The translations under genes and the position numbers were made by a program. Below the pieces are notes generated by a model. That model saw only the letters and a list, made by a program, of their open reading frames with translations. It had not been told where the DNA came from and searched no databases. From assembly GCA_944383685.1 (NCBI GenBank), contig CALWQM010000012.1:16560-80559 (forward strand): a stretch of 64,000 nt of DNA, read 5' to 3'. Source of the DNA: an uncultured Clostridia bacterium. Lineage in GTDB: Bacteria > Bacillota > Clostridia > Christensenellales > UBA1242. Of the stretch, positions 8,686 through 18,818 are shown piece after piece. Every line of letters starts with the position of its first letter. Positions within the stretch are counted from its first letter, which is position 1.

Positions 8686-11600
8686 TTAATTTGCTTGCTC
8701 TGCTTGTTTAATTGCATCAGCAAGTTTAACAGAAACAATCTTAGAAACACCCTTTTCTTCCATTGTAACACCATACAAACTGTCTGCAAGTTCCATTGTT
8801 GGTTTTCTGTGTGTGATAACAATGAACTGAGTTGACTCTGAAAGTTTCTTTAAGTATAATGCAAATCTTTCAATATTTGCATCATCCAAGGCTGCTTCAA
8901 TTTCGTCAAGTAACGAGAATGGCAATGGTTTCAATCTTAATATTGCAAACAAAAGTGCAATAGCAGTAAGAGTTTTTTCACCACCACTGAGAAGCGACAA
9001 TTTGTTTGGTGCTTTACCTGGAAGTTGAACCATAATTTCAACACCTGCAAGAAGTGGATCCTCACTTTCTGTAAGTTCCAATTTTGCATTTCCACCACCA
9101 AAAAGTTCACGGAAAACAACTTTAAAACTGCTGTTAATTTTTTCAAATTCCTCATTAAACTTTGTCAGCATTTCACCTGATAAATCTTTAATGATTTTAA
9201 CCAAATCTTCTTCCGCTTTCTTTAAGTCAGCAGACTGGGTTGACATATCATTATATCTATCCAAAAGTGTTGCCACATCTTCAATAGCGTGAACATTGAC
9301 ATAACCAAGAGCAGAAATATCCTTTTTAAGCTTATTAATCTCAATGCTTGCTTCTTTATAGTCAAAATCAGGTCTTCTGTGTTCTAAGCAAGTTGAATAT
9401 GTCAAATTATATTCCTCATAAATGCGTTCTTGCATTGCTTCAAGTTCACTGTCAACCTTAGACAAATTCATATCTTCACGGTATTTTCTGTCGTTAATTT
9501 TTGAAATACTTTCAAGTATTTGTGTTTTTGTTTCATCATATTTTTTCAAAGTTGAAGAAATATCACCTTTTTCTTCTTCAAGTTTTTCTCTTTTTGCACG
9601 AATAGCATTCATATTGTCTTTTGCACTTGAAGGTCCGGCATTTTCAATTTGCACCTTTATCATTTCTTCTGCTTGCAAAATAAATGCGTCATTTTCAGCG
9701 ATTTGTTTTGTTAAATTTGCAGAATTAACATTTTGCTTGTCAATTTCAGCAATCAATCTATCAAGTTCATCAGTAAGATTGTTAATTTTTTCTTCGCTTG
9801 AAGCAATTTCAACTTTGATTGTGGTCATTTTGGAAACAATTTCATCTCTTTCTGCACGAAGAGCATTAGATTTTTCTTGTTTTTGCTTGATAAGTAAATC
9901 TGCATCTTCCTTATTTCCGCTTAAAGCATTTTTAACAAGGTTAATTTCACCAAGTTCTTTTTCAATCAAATTAATCTTGTTTTGAACAGAAGTTTTTTCC
10001 ATGTCATAAACTTTTTCTTCTTCCAAAGCTTCTTCAAGGTCTTTCTCGCAAGCATCCAATTTTTCTTGTTCCTTAACAAGCCTAATTTCACAATCATTTC
10101 TTTGTGCTAAGAATTCATTTTCATTTGTTGAATATTCTGCAATATCACTTTTCAAGTGTTCAATCTCATCAGCAATTTCTTTATCATTTTTCTGTAATTT
10201 TTCAATTTCTGTTGCAAGAGTTTCTATTTCTCTCTGTCTTGAAATCAAGTTAACAGCTTCACTCTTTTTGCTACCACCAGTGAGAGAACCTTGCGTGCTT
10301 ACAACATCCCCATCAAGTGTGACAATTTTGAAAGAAAAATGATTATCTTTTGCAAGGTCAACAGCTGTTGCAAGAGTGTCAACAATAACAGTTGCCCCAA
10401 GCAAGTTGCTGATAACATTATCAATTTGCTTATCATACTCAATAAGTTTGCTTGCAACCCCAAAAACACCTTTTTTGCCAGCTACCATGCGTTCATCAAG
10501 GTCACGCCTTTTCATGGAGTTAATAGGAAGAAATGTTGCACGTCCAAACTTGTTTTCTTTCAAATAATTAATTAAATCTTTTGCCCCATTTTCATTGAAG
10601 GTTACAATATTTTGAACAGCTGCCCCAAGAGCAACTTCAACGGCGGTTTCAAATTGTGCTGGGACTTTGATAAGGGAAGCAAGCACACCAACCATTTTAC
10701 TTCTTACCGCAGAATTTTTTTCACTCTCTTTCAAAATTCTCTTAACACTATATGCATACCCCTCAAATTCTGCTTGCATTTCAAGAAGCAGCTTTCGCCT
10801 ATTCTCATAAACCTTGATTTGTGTTCCAATGTTTGCTTTTTCTGTTTCAAGTTCTTTCAATCTTTTGGATGCAATAAAGTTTTTGCCAGAAATATCTGCG
10901 CACTTTTCCTTTAAATCATTAAAAGATTTTGATAAAAGGTCAACATTGTTCTTGGTGTCTTTTTCAAGTTTTTGCAAACTTTCGATTTTAGATTTTGCTT
11001 CATCCAAATTCTTTTGCAAGTTTTCTAAATTTTCTTTTAAGATGTTTTTCTCTGCCTCATAACGAGATGCATTACTTTTAACATCCGAAAGTGAACCAAG
11101 GGTGTCAATAAACTTTTGTTGAGAAAGTCCTGCTTCATTTTCACTCAAAGTCATTTCATCAACAATTTCAAGGTGTTTATTTGAAAGCCCTGCATAGGTC
11201 TTTTTCAAAGTTTCAAGTTTACTATTTAACTCATCAAGTTCAAGCTGTTTAATTTCTCTTGTTTCTTCACAATTTTTTAAAACAGTTCCAGCATTAGATA
11301 AGTCTAAATGAAGCCTATCATTTTCCTTTTGAGTGTAATTTATTTTTTCGCGTATAACCCTAACTTCACCTTCCTGCTTTTCAATTTCAACTGTAACACG
11401 TAAAAGTTCATCGTTAAGGGCTGAAATTTCCTTATCAAAAGTTGAAAGTTTTTGAAGTTCCGCATCATACTTTGTTGTGGTTTCTTCAAGTTCCTTTTGA
11501 CGAATATCAAGTTCTTCTGCAAGAGCAGTTAACCTTTGATTGATTTCAGCTTTAACAGTATTCGCATTTTCATATTGGAAAATATATGCATTAACTTCAA

Positions 11601-12273
11601 GGTCCTTTAATTGCCCCTTATATTCCAAATACTTTTTGGCATCCTCGGCTTGTTTCTTTAAAGGCCCCATTTGTCTTTCAATTTCAGCAATGATATCATC
11701 AATACGAACAAGGTTATCTCTTGTTCTTTCAAGCTTTCTTTCAGCTTCATCCTTACGGCTTTTAAATTTAGCAATGCCAGCCGCTTCTTCAAACATGGCA
11801 CGGCGTTCTTCTGGTTTTTCATCAACAATTTCACTAACCTTACCTTGTCCAATAACAGAATAACCATTTTTACCAATACCACTGTCAAACAAAAGGTCCG
11901 TAATATCTTTTAAACGACATGTATTTTTATTGATTTGGTATTCACTTTCACCTGAACGATATAATTTTCTTGTTATGGAAAGTTCGTCATAAGAAATATT
12001 AAAAAATCTGTCTGTGTTGTCAAATGTTAATGTAACTTCACAATAAGATAAACTTCTTCTTTTCTCTGTGCCCTTAAAAATAACGTCCTGCATGTTATCA
12101 CCACGAAGTGACTTCGCGCTTTGTTCACCAAGAACCCAACGAATAGCATCGGATACATTACTTTTTCCACAACCATTTGGACCAACAATTGCAGTAAAAC
12201 CTCCATTAAATTCAATGGAAGTTTTATCAGCGAACGACTTAAATCCAATCATTTCAATTTTCTTAAAATACAT
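8686..12273 (-). CDS. smc: Chromosome segregation protein SMC
   Basis: 1195 aa. N-terminal GPNGCGKSN, long coiled coils, a hinge, and C-terminal LSGGEKTLTAIALLFA plus DEIEAALD. Confidence 0.95.
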   Translation of the reverse strand: MYFKKIEMIGFKSFADKTSIEFNGGFTAIVGPNGCGKSNVSDAIRWVLGEQSAKSLRGDNMQDVIFKGTEKRRSLSYCEVTLTFDNTDRFFNISYDELSITRKLYRSGESEYQINKNTCRLKDITDLLFDSGIGKNGYSVIGQGKVSEIVDEKPEERRAMFEEAAGIAKFKSRKDEAERKLERTRDNLVRIDDIIAEIERQMGPLKKQAEDAKKYLEYKGQLKDLEVNAYIFQYENANTVKAEINQRLTALAEELDIRQKELEETTTKYDAELQKLSTFDKEISALNDELLRVTVEIEKQEGEVRVIREKINYTQKENDRLHLDLSNAGTVLKNCEETREIKQLELDELNSKLETLKKTYAGLSNKHLEIVDEMTLSENEAGLSQQKFIDTLGSLSDVKSNASRYEAEKNILKENLENLQKNLDEAKSKIESLQKLEKDTKNNVDLLSKSFNDLKEKCADISGKNFIASKRLKELETEKANIGTQIKVYENRRKLLLEMQAEFEGYAYSVKRILKESEKNSAVRSKMVGVLASLIKVPAQFETAVEVALGAAVQNIVTFNENGAKDLINYLKENKFGRATFLPINSMKRRDLDERMVAGKKGVFGVASKLIEYDKQIDNVISNLLGATVIVDTLATAVDLAKDNHFSFKIVTLDGDVVSTQGSLTGGSKKSEAVNLISRQREIETLATEIEKLQKNDKEIADEIEHLKSDIAEYSTNENEFLAQRNDCEIRLVKEQEKLDACEKDLEEALEEEKVYDMEKTSVQNKINLIEKELGEINLVKNALSGNKEDADLLIKQKQEKSNALRAERDEIVSKMTTIKVEIASSEEKINNLTDELDRLIAEIDKQNVNSANLTKQIAENDAFILQAEEMIKVQIENAGPSSAKDNMNAIRAKREKLEEEKGDISSTLKKYDETKTQILESISKINDRKYREDMNLSKVDSELEAMQERIYEEYNLTYSTCLEHRRPDFDYKEASIEINKLKKDISALGYVNVHAIEDVATLLDRYNDMSTQSADLKKAEEDLVKIIKDLSGEMLTKFNEEFEKINSSFKVVFRELFGGGNAKLELTESEDPLLAGVEIMVQLPGKAPNKLSLLSGGEKTLTAIALLFAILRLKPLPFSLLDEIEAALDDANIERFALYLKKLSESTQFIVITHRKPTMELADSLYGVTMEEKGVSKIVSVKLADAIKQAEQAN

Positions 12274-12385
12274 ATCTTTCCCTAACCTTATTAACTTAAT
12301 TAAAAGTTGATGTAATTTTATTTAAAATAACTTATAATAACAAATATATTTTATCATAATTTAAACAATAATCAAAAACAAATAA

Positions 12386-12472
12386 GGGCTTGAAAGCAAA
12401 ATTTTGCGAATTTTTCGCAAAATTTTTGTGCCTTTAAAGGCACAGCTGGCAAATTGCCAGGCTTTCAAGCCC
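12386..12472. other. 87-nt perfect cloverleaf palindromic element (12-bp closing stem enclosing three hairpins)
   Basis: GGGCTTGAAAGC (12386-12397) pairs with GCTTTCAAGCCC (12461-12472). Inside are three hairpins: TTTTGCGAA-TTT-TTCGCAAAA, GTGCCTTTAAAGGCAC and CTGGCA-AAT-TGCCAG. Confidence 0.6.
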
Positions 12473-12524
12473 ACCCAAAATAAAATTCTATAAAAATAAC
12501 TAATATAATTAAACTAAACAAGGA

Positions 12525-13145
12525 CTAATCGCTAAACAATTTGTTTAAAGCAACAAAAGCACAATTTTGCTCAGCACTTAATTTGTCTTTTCCATATCCT
12601 GTTGCAATCAAATCCTCATCCATATAAAAATGCGCAACAAAATTGTCATCTTCTTTTTCTGTCTTATATTTCATAGCACACTTAAAGTTTGCTTGCACAA
12701 GTTCTTGAAGTTGAGATTTATAATTGGTATCTTTAACATCTCTAAACCCATCAAGTCCCAAAAGATTAATAATAAAATCTCGAACAAAATCCAAGCCATT
12801 TTCAAGATAAACCACGGCAATAATTGCCTCAATAACATCTCCTTTAATTGCCCTTGTAACTTTGTTTTGCAAACTTTTTCCCAAGATTAATTCGTTTGAA
12901 ATGTCAAGCCTGTCAAAACATTCTGCCAAATATTCTTCGGAAACATAATGCGACCTTAAAACAGTCAAATCTCCTTCATTTTTATCACAATTTAAAAATA
13001 GATACTCTCCCACCAAAAAATCGAGAATGCTGTCTCCCAAAAATTCCAATCTTTGATAATTATTTTTAGACTTTGAAGGATGAGTCAAAGCTTCGTTTAT
13101 AAGCTTGCGGTTTTTAAATGTAACTCCCAATTTTTCATCAATCAT
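12525..13145 (-). CDS. rnc: Ribonuclease III
   Basis: ALTHPS...NYQRLEFLGDSILDF signature plus a C-terminal dsRBD-like segment. It overlaps the plsX stop by 8 nt. Confidence 0.9.
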   Translation of the reverse strand: MIDEKLGVTFKNRKLINEALTHPSKSKNNYQRLEFLGDSILDFLVGEYLFLNCDKNEGDLTVLRSHYVSEEYLAECFDRLDISNELILGKSLQNKVTRAIKGDVIEAIIAVVYLENGLDFVRDFIINLLGLDGFRDVKDTNYKSQLQELVQANFKCAMKYKTEKEDDNFVAHFYMDEDLIATGYGKDKLSAEQNCAFVALNKLFSD

Positions 13146-14154
13146 TTTGCGCCTCGATTTTGTCTGTCATCTCTCCAACCATTTTTTCAATTTTGGAAAT
13201 GAGATTATTTTCATGAAGTTTAATAACTTGATTAATTGAAGCACAAATATTTGTTCTTCCACAAGAGCCATGGTTTTTAACAACCAATTTTTTACAACCC
13301 AAAAATGGTGCTCCGCCATGCTTGTTGGCATCTAATTTGGTCTTTAAAACTTTAAAGGTTTTCTTCATAAAAAGTGCACCAATCATAGACATTGGTCTTG
13401 CCTTGATTTCACTTTTCAAAACAGAAAGAATTGCACTTGCCGTTCCTTCAACACCCTTTAAAAGAACATTTCCTGCAAAACCATCTGTAACAATAACATC
13501 AACATCACCGCCCATAACTTCTTTGCCTTCACAATTTCCAACAAAGTTAATTGGCAATTTTTTCATAAGAGGATATGTTTCCTTAACAAGTTCATTACCC
13601 TTGTGTTCTTCACTTCCATTGTTTAAAAGGGCAACCCTTGGCTCTTTAACATTTTCAACAATAGAATAATATGCACTGCCCATAATTGCAAAATGCAAAA
13701 GGTTTACACTTTTACAGTCAACATTTGCACCGCTGTCAATAATGATAACATCTCCACCCTTTTTTGTTGGCAAAATAGGAGCAAGAGCAGGGCGAGAAAT
13801 TCCTTTAATTCTTCCAATTTTCATAATTGCGCCAGAAAGAATCGCCCCTGTGCTTCCTGCTGAAACAAGCCCAATAATATTTTCATCTTCTTTAAGCAAG
13901 TCAAAAGCTTTAACAAGAGAAGAATCTTTTTTCTGCCTAATTGCAACAGTTGGCACATCATCATTGGTAATAACTTCACTGGCATTCACAATTTCAATGC
14001 GTTCAGTTCTGCCTTTTAAGATTTCTTTAATTTTATTTTCATCACCACACAAAACAACAGTTAAATCTTTGTTTTCCTTAATTGCAAGCACAGCTCCTTC
14101 AACAACTTCAAGAGGTGCATTATCTCCACCAAATGCATCAACAACAACTTTCAT
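13138..14154 (-). CDS. plsX: Phosphate acyltransferase PlsX
   Basis: MKVVVDAFGGDNAP N-terminus and full-length PlsX-like sequence. Confidence 0.95.
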   Translation of the reverse strand: MKVVVDAFGGDNAPLEVVEGAVLAIKENKDLTVVLCGDENKIKEILKGRTERIEIVNASEVITNDDVPTVAIRQKKDSSLVKAFDLLKEDENIIGLVSAGSTGAILSGAIMKIGRIKGISRPALAPILPTKKGGDVIIIDSGANVDCKSVNLLHFAIMGSAYYSIVENVKEPRVALLNNGSEEHKGNELVKETYPLMKKLPINFVGNCEGKEVMGGDVDVIVTDGFAGNVLLKGVEGTASAILSVLKSEIKARPMSMIGALFMKKTFKVLKTKLDANKHGGAPFLGCKKLVVKNHGSCGRTNICASINQVIKLHENNLISKIEKMVGEMTDKIEAQND

Positions 14155-14301
14155 ATATATCTCCTTATCTAAAATATATTAAAAACTAAACATTCTTATA
14201 ATAACAAAAATCATAAAATAAGTCAAAGAATATTAATAATTTCCATATTGACAATAACGTAAATGTGTGATAAACTTAAAACAAATTAAGGAGAAATAAT
14301 A

Positions 14302-14790
14302 ATGATTGAATTTTTAGGAAAAATAGATAAGCTTACTCATGATTGGAGCACTCATAAATATGTTTTGGGTATTAATGATTTAATTTTCAAAAAATACAAT
14401 GTAAACACCAATATTTTCAAAAAGGCAAACCAAAGATTGGAATTTAATCATTTTATCATTGATGTAAATCCAGAATTTTCAGTAAGATTAAATGACTTTT
14501 GTATAAGAGTAAAAACAGAAAATAAATTTGAATTTGATGCAGAGTTAACCCTTGCATATCGTGAAAGAATGATTAAATTGTTTGGTAACGAATATAAGCA
14601 AGCATTAAAAAAATACATAAGTCAAAATCCTTTGCAAGAGGAAGAATGTAGAAACCTTTTAAAGATTAAACTCAGTGAAAAGAAAAAATCTCACCTGCAA
14701 CTTATGAGTAAATTGGAAAAATCTGTTAACGAAATAAGAGATTTAAACAAATCAATTTCCCTATATGATGGCATTGATAAAAATAAATAA
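14302..14790 (+). CDS. Hypothetical protein (orphan, opposite strand to neighbours)
   Basis: ATG at 14302 preceded by AAGGAGA. 162 aa with no recognised motif. Followed by the hairpin AAGAATGA..TCATTCTT (about 14820-14845). Confidence 0.5.
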   Translation: MIEFLGKIDKLTHDWSTHKYVLGINDLIFKKYNVNTNIFKKANQRLEFNHFIIDVNPEFSVRLNDFCIRVKTENKFEFDAELTLAYRERMIKLFGNEYKQALKKYISQNPLQEEECRNLLKIKLSEKKKSHLQLMSKLEKSVNEIRDLNKSISLYDGIDKNK

Positions 14791-14857
14791 TTAAAAAACA
14801 TAAAATCACAAAATAAAAAAAAGAATGACATAAAATCATTCTTTTTTTATTATGCCC

Positions 14858-14984
14858 ATAGTTTTCTTCATTTTCTTCCTGCGAATATGAAGAATCACAT
14901 CCTGACAAAAGAAATATGCTGCCGGAAACAGCAGTTCCAAAAAATAAAAATGAAAATAAACACAATAATACCCCCCCCGAGTCA
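14858..14984 (-). pseudogene. Remnant: promoter -35/poly-G tract fused to a lipoprotein signal-peptide fragment of the large surface-protein family
   Basis: FSFLFFGTAVSGSIFLLSGCDSSYSQ parallels FSFLFIGTALAGSSFLLAGCDSSYSQ of the 41091 gene. The upstream ccccgagtcaacttttttgaggtattttcatatatatttta is shared with 41243-41283. The reading frame dies after about 35 codons. Confidence 0.65.
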
Positions 14985-15130
14985 ACTTTTTTGAGGTATT
15001 TTCATATATATTTTAGCTCAATTAAACAAAATTTATGATTAACATAGGTGTATAATTGCATAAACTTACTATAAATAAATAAAAAAATACTTACTAACAG
15101 TAATCATAAAATCTAACTATAAATTATTTA

Positions 15131-15160
15131 AAAAACACGCTTATTTAAAAGCGTGTTTTT
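15131..15160 (-). terminator. Terminator after rpmF
   Basis: aaaaacacgctt / aagcgtgttttt stem with a 6-nt loop directly after the stop codon. Confidence 0.7.
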
Positions 15161-15161
15161 T

Positions 15162-15356
15162 TTACTTCTTTTTCTTATCTTTATCTTCAACAACAGTTTT
15201 ATTCTTATAAGTTCCACAATTTTTGCAAACCTTGTGAGGTTCTTTTAATTCGTGGCACTTTGGACATTCAACAAGTGAAACTGCTTCTGCTTTAAAGTTA
15301 GCAGAATTTCTTGTGTGTTTTCTCTGTTTTGAAACCTTACCCTTTGGAACAGCCAT
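15162..15356 (-). CDS. rpmF: 50S ribosomal protein L32
   Basis: MAVPKGKVSKQRKHTR... with a CPKC...CKNCG zinc ribbon. Confidence 0.95.
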   Translation of the reverse strand: MAVPKGKVSKQRKHTRNSANFKAEAVSLVECPKCHELKEPHKVCKNCGTYKNKTVVEDKDKKKK

Positions 15357-15431
15357 TTTTTCATCTCCTTTTAGTAGATTTATTACATTTTGCTTAGTTA
15401 TTTTACACTATAACACAAATTTTGTCAAGTT

Positions 15432-16643
15432 TTATTTACTATTTTTTAAATTTTTTACAATTCTTAATGTATCTCTTGCCATCATAAGTTCTTCATTAGT
15501 TGGAATAACATAAACTTTAACCTTAGATTCTGGGCTTGAAATAAGTTCAATTTGACCACGTTTGAAGTTTGCATTTTTCTTTTTATCAATAACAATTCCA
15601 AGATATTCCATATCTTCCAAAATCTGTTCACGAGCTTCGTAACTATTTTCTCCAATACCGCCTGTGAACACAATTGCCTCAGCGCCATTTAAAATTGCCA
15701 TATACATACCAATATATTTTTTTACTGAATATGCAAGAAGGTCAAGCGCAAGTTGAGCTCTCTTATTTCCCTTCTCTGCGGATTGAGAAACTTCTCTATG
15801 GTCACTTGAAATGCCAGAAACGCCCAAAAGTCCACATTCTTTATTAAGATAATTTAAAACTTGGTCAACTGATTGATTTTTATGTGAGCATAAGAACTGA
15901 ACAACAGTTGGGTCAATATCACCAGAACGAGTTCCCATAACAACCCCTTGAAGAGGTGTGAGCCCCATTGATGTGTCAACACTTTGACCATTTTTAATGG
16001 CAGTGATGGAAGAGCCATTTCCAAGGTGGCAAGTAATCGCATTAACTTCACTTACATCTTTTCCAAGCACTTTTGCAAGTTCCTGTGTAACAAACCTGTG
16101 GCTTGTGCCATGTGCCCCATATCTTCTAACATGGAATTTTTCATAGTCTTCATATTTAATTGCATACATATATGCTTTTTCTGGCATTGTTGAGTGGAAA
16201 GATGTGTCAAAAATTGCAACTTGTGGAATGTTTGGCATAACCTTTTTACAAGCACGCATGCATAAAACGTGAGCAGGATTATGAAGTGGAGCCATTTCAG
16301 CCAATTTATCAATTTGATCAATAACTTCATCATCAATCAAAGTGCTTTCTTTGAAAATCCAGCCACCCATAACAACGCGGTGTCCAATGGCACCAATCTC
16401 GTCAAAGCTTTTGATTACGCCAATATTTTTATCAATTAAAATGTTTAAAACCTTTTTAATTGCTTCTTCGTGATTTTTTGCACCCTCAAAAATTTCTTCT
16501 TTACCGTCATGTTTATATGAAATAATTGGGTCACTTAAACCTATTTTTTCACAGTTACCTTTTGCAAGAAGTTTATCATTACTCATATCAAGAAGTTGGT
16601 ACTTTAAAGAAGAACTTCCTGCATTAACAACTAAAATTTTCAT
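15432..16643 (-). CDS. ackA: Acetate kinase
   Basis: MKILVVNAGSSSLKYQL and typical full-length AckA motifs. Confidence 0.95.
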   Translation of the reverse strand: MKILVVNAGSSSLKYQLLDMSNDKLLAKGNCEKIGLSDPIISYKHDGKEEIFEGAKNHEEAIKKVLNILIDKNIGVIKSFDEIGAIGHRVVMGGWIFKESTLIDDEVIDQIDKLAEMAPLHNPAHVLCMRACKKVMPNIPQVAIFDTSFHSTMPEKAYMYAIKYEDYEKFHVRRYGAHGTSHRFVTQELAKVLGKDVSEVNAITCHLGNGSSITAIKNGQSVDTSMGLTPLQGVVMGTRSGDIDPTVVQFLCSHKNQSVDQVLNYLNKECGLLGVSGISSDHREVSQSAEKGNKRAQLALDLLAYSVKKYIGMYMAILNGAEAIVFTGGIGENSYEAREQILEDMEYLGIVIDKKKNANFKRGQIELISSPESKVKVYVIPTNEELMMARDTLRIVKNLKNSK

Positions 16644-17644
16644 TAATTTTCTCCTTTTTTATCTTTATCTTCACATTGAAGGCAAGTGATTGCACTTACC
16701 ACAACAATATCGTTTACATTGCACCCGCGAGATAAATCGTTCACAGGTTTTTTGAGATTTTGTAAGATTGGTCCAATTGCATTAAGCCCACCAATATATT
16801 GTGTGGTTTTGTAGCAAATGTTTCCAGCATTTATATCTGGGAAAATAAGCACATTTGCATCACCTTTAAGCGGACTATCTGGTGCTTTTGTTCCTGCCAC
16901 TCTTGGCACCATTGCAGCATCAAATTGAAGTTCTCCATCAGCAATAACATCCTTTTGCTTTTTATGGAATTTTTCAAAAGCCTCACGAACTTTTGTCACA
17001 TCTTCACTTTTAGCACTGCCCTTGCTTGAATATGATAAGAAAGCAACTTTTGGAGTTCCAATCTTAAACTGCTTAGCACTTCTTACACTTGCCTCTGCGA
17101 TTTCACAAAGTGTGTCTGCATCTGGTTTTTCAAGCACGCCACAATCGCTTAAAATCAAAGCCTTACCTTTCAAAAACTTGTTGTCGCCATAAACCAAAAA
17201 ACAACTTGAAACAGGTTTCTTGTTTTTGCCTTTAATGATTTGAAGTGCAGGTTTCACTGTTGTTGCAGTTGATGCCTCAGCCCCAGCAACCATGCCATCA
17301 GCATAACCACATTCAACCAGAAGTGTTGCAAAATAGTAAGGGTCTTTTTCAATTTCGTCTGCTTGTTCCATTGTCATACCCTTGTCCTTTCTCTTTTCGT
17401 AGAGAGTTTTCACCAATTTATTTCTTTCAGGGAAAGTAACAGGATTAACAATTTCAAATTTTTCCATATCTTTATCACGCAAAATTAATGCACTTGCATC
17501 ACCAACAAGCAAAACTTTGCAGATGCCTTTCTTTTGCAAAATTTTAACTGCTTCCAAAGTTCTGTCAGAAAAACTAACTTCTGGAAAGACAATTGTTTTT
17601 TGTTTTTTCTTTGCTTCTTTAATTAAATCTTTAATCTTAAACAT
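16643..17644 (-). CDS. pta: Phosphate acetyltransferase
   Basis: PTA_PTB-type sequence. The start was moved to the ATG at 17644 (TGGAG SD), because the ORF-track start at 17656 is a TTG. Confidence 0.9.
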   Translation of the reverse strand: MFKIKDLIKEAKKKQKTIVFPEVSFSDRTLEAVKILQKKGICKVLLVGDASALILRDKDMEKFEIVNPVTFPERNKLVKTLYEKRKDKGMTMEQADEIEKDPYYFATLLVECGYADGMVAGAEASTATTVKPALQIIKGKNKKPVSSCFLVYGDNKFLKGKALILSDCGVLEKPDADTLCEIAEASVRSAKQFKIGTPKVAFLSYSSKGSAKSEDVTKVREAFEKFHKKQKDVIADGELQFDAAMVPRVAGTKAPDSPLKGDANVLIFPDINAGNICYKTTQYIGGLNAIGPILQNLKKPVNDLSRGCNVNDIVVVSAITCLQCEDKDKKGEN

Positions 17645-17801
17645 AAAAAACTCCAATCATTTTTATTCTTTTTTCTTAAATAAAAAAATAAAATATATCA
17701 ATGTTGTCCAATTCTTTGCAAATTAAAAATTGAACAAAATTCATAGCATTAATTTAATTATAATCAGCCTTAAAAATTTTGTCAACAAAATAGGAGTTAA
17801 A

Positions 17802-18806
17802 TTGAAAAATCTTTCAACAAAACAAAAAACTAACAGTTTACTTATGGCATTGCTTACATTACTCGTAATATTTTTTCTTATCAATATGATAGTTTCCCCT
17901 GCAAAATTTATTGAGCAATCTCTTGACGGAATAAGTGCATGGGCTTTTAATGTTTTGCCAAGTGTTTTACCATTTATGTTTTTCACCCGCCTGTTATCTT
18001 CAATAGGACAACTTGAAAAAATAACACACCCCCTTGGCAAATTTTCTCGTAAACTTTTCGGCACTCCATCAATATCTATTTACACATTTTTAATGGCGAT
18101 ACTTTCTGGTTATCCTGTTGGTTCAAAAATGGTAGCCGACTTATATAGTCAAAAATCAATAACAAAACAAGATGCTTTTCGTATGTCGGCTTTTTGCTCC
18201 ACATCAGGTCCAATGTTTATTGTTGGTGCAGTTGGAACAATGATGTTTAAAAGTACCACAGTGGGGTATGTCCTTTTTATTTCTCATATAATCGGTGCTT
18301 TTTTAAATGGGCTAATATACAGAAATTTAACGATTGCAAATAACAAAATCAAAATCTTTAACTTTCATAAGAATAAAGAAATTGAAAATAATGAAAAAAA
18401 TAAGCAAATCAGTGAATCTCCTGAAAAAAAGAGTATTGATATAAGTGAAATTGTTTTGTCTTCCACTCTTTCAATACTCTCTGTCGGTTGCATAATAACC
18501 ATTTTCTTTATAATTATCGAATGCTTTTCACCAATTCTCAACTTGCTTCCTGAAAGTTTGGCAGGTTTTTGGGAAGGTATAATTGAAATAACAAAAGGAT
18601 GTTTAAGTTTGTCAAACTTACCAAACTTAAATTTAGCCGTTTTACTTTGCAGTTTTGTTATAAGTTTTGGCGGAATATCCACCCTCCTTCAATCAATCAC
18701 AATGCTCAACAAAGTGGAAATGCCTTTAAAAATATTTACACTGCAAAAACTGACTCATGCAATTTTATCAACTCTTTTAACAGCAATATTAATTATCTTT
18801 ATTTAA
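17802..18806 (+). CDS. ylbJ: Sporulation integral membrane protein YlbJ-like (nucleoside-recognition/Gate domain)
   Basis: Polytopic membrane protein. AWAFNVLPSVLPFMFFTRLL resembles the YlbJ N-terminal gate motif. Start taken as TTG 17802 after TAGGAG; alternatives are 17730 and 17844. Confidence 0.55.
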   Translation: MKNLSTKQKTNSLLMALLTLLVIFFLINMIVSPAKFIEQSLDGISAWAFNVLPSVLPFMFFTRLLSSIGQLEKITHPLGKFSRKLFGTPSISIYTFLMAILSGYPVGSKMVADLYSQKSITKQDAFRMSAFCSTSGPMFIVGAVGTMMFKSTTVGYVLFISHIIGAFLNGLIYRNLTIANNKIKIFNFHKNKEIENNEKNKQISESPEKKSIDISEIVLSSTLSILSVGCIITIFFIIIECFSPILNLLPESLAGFWEGIIEITKGCLSLSNLPNLNLAVLLCSFVISFGGISTLLQSITMLNKVEMPLKIFTLQKLTHAILSTLLTAILIIFI

Positions 18807-18818
18807 TCTACCCATTTT

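Noticed and set aside
9422-9985. A 187-aa ORF antisense to smc, and similar antisense ORFs at 8322..8711, 11540..11863, 13742..14182 and 52978..53442.
   Set aside because: They lie opposite strongly supported genes, are S/F/L-rich and low in complexity, and have no translation signals.
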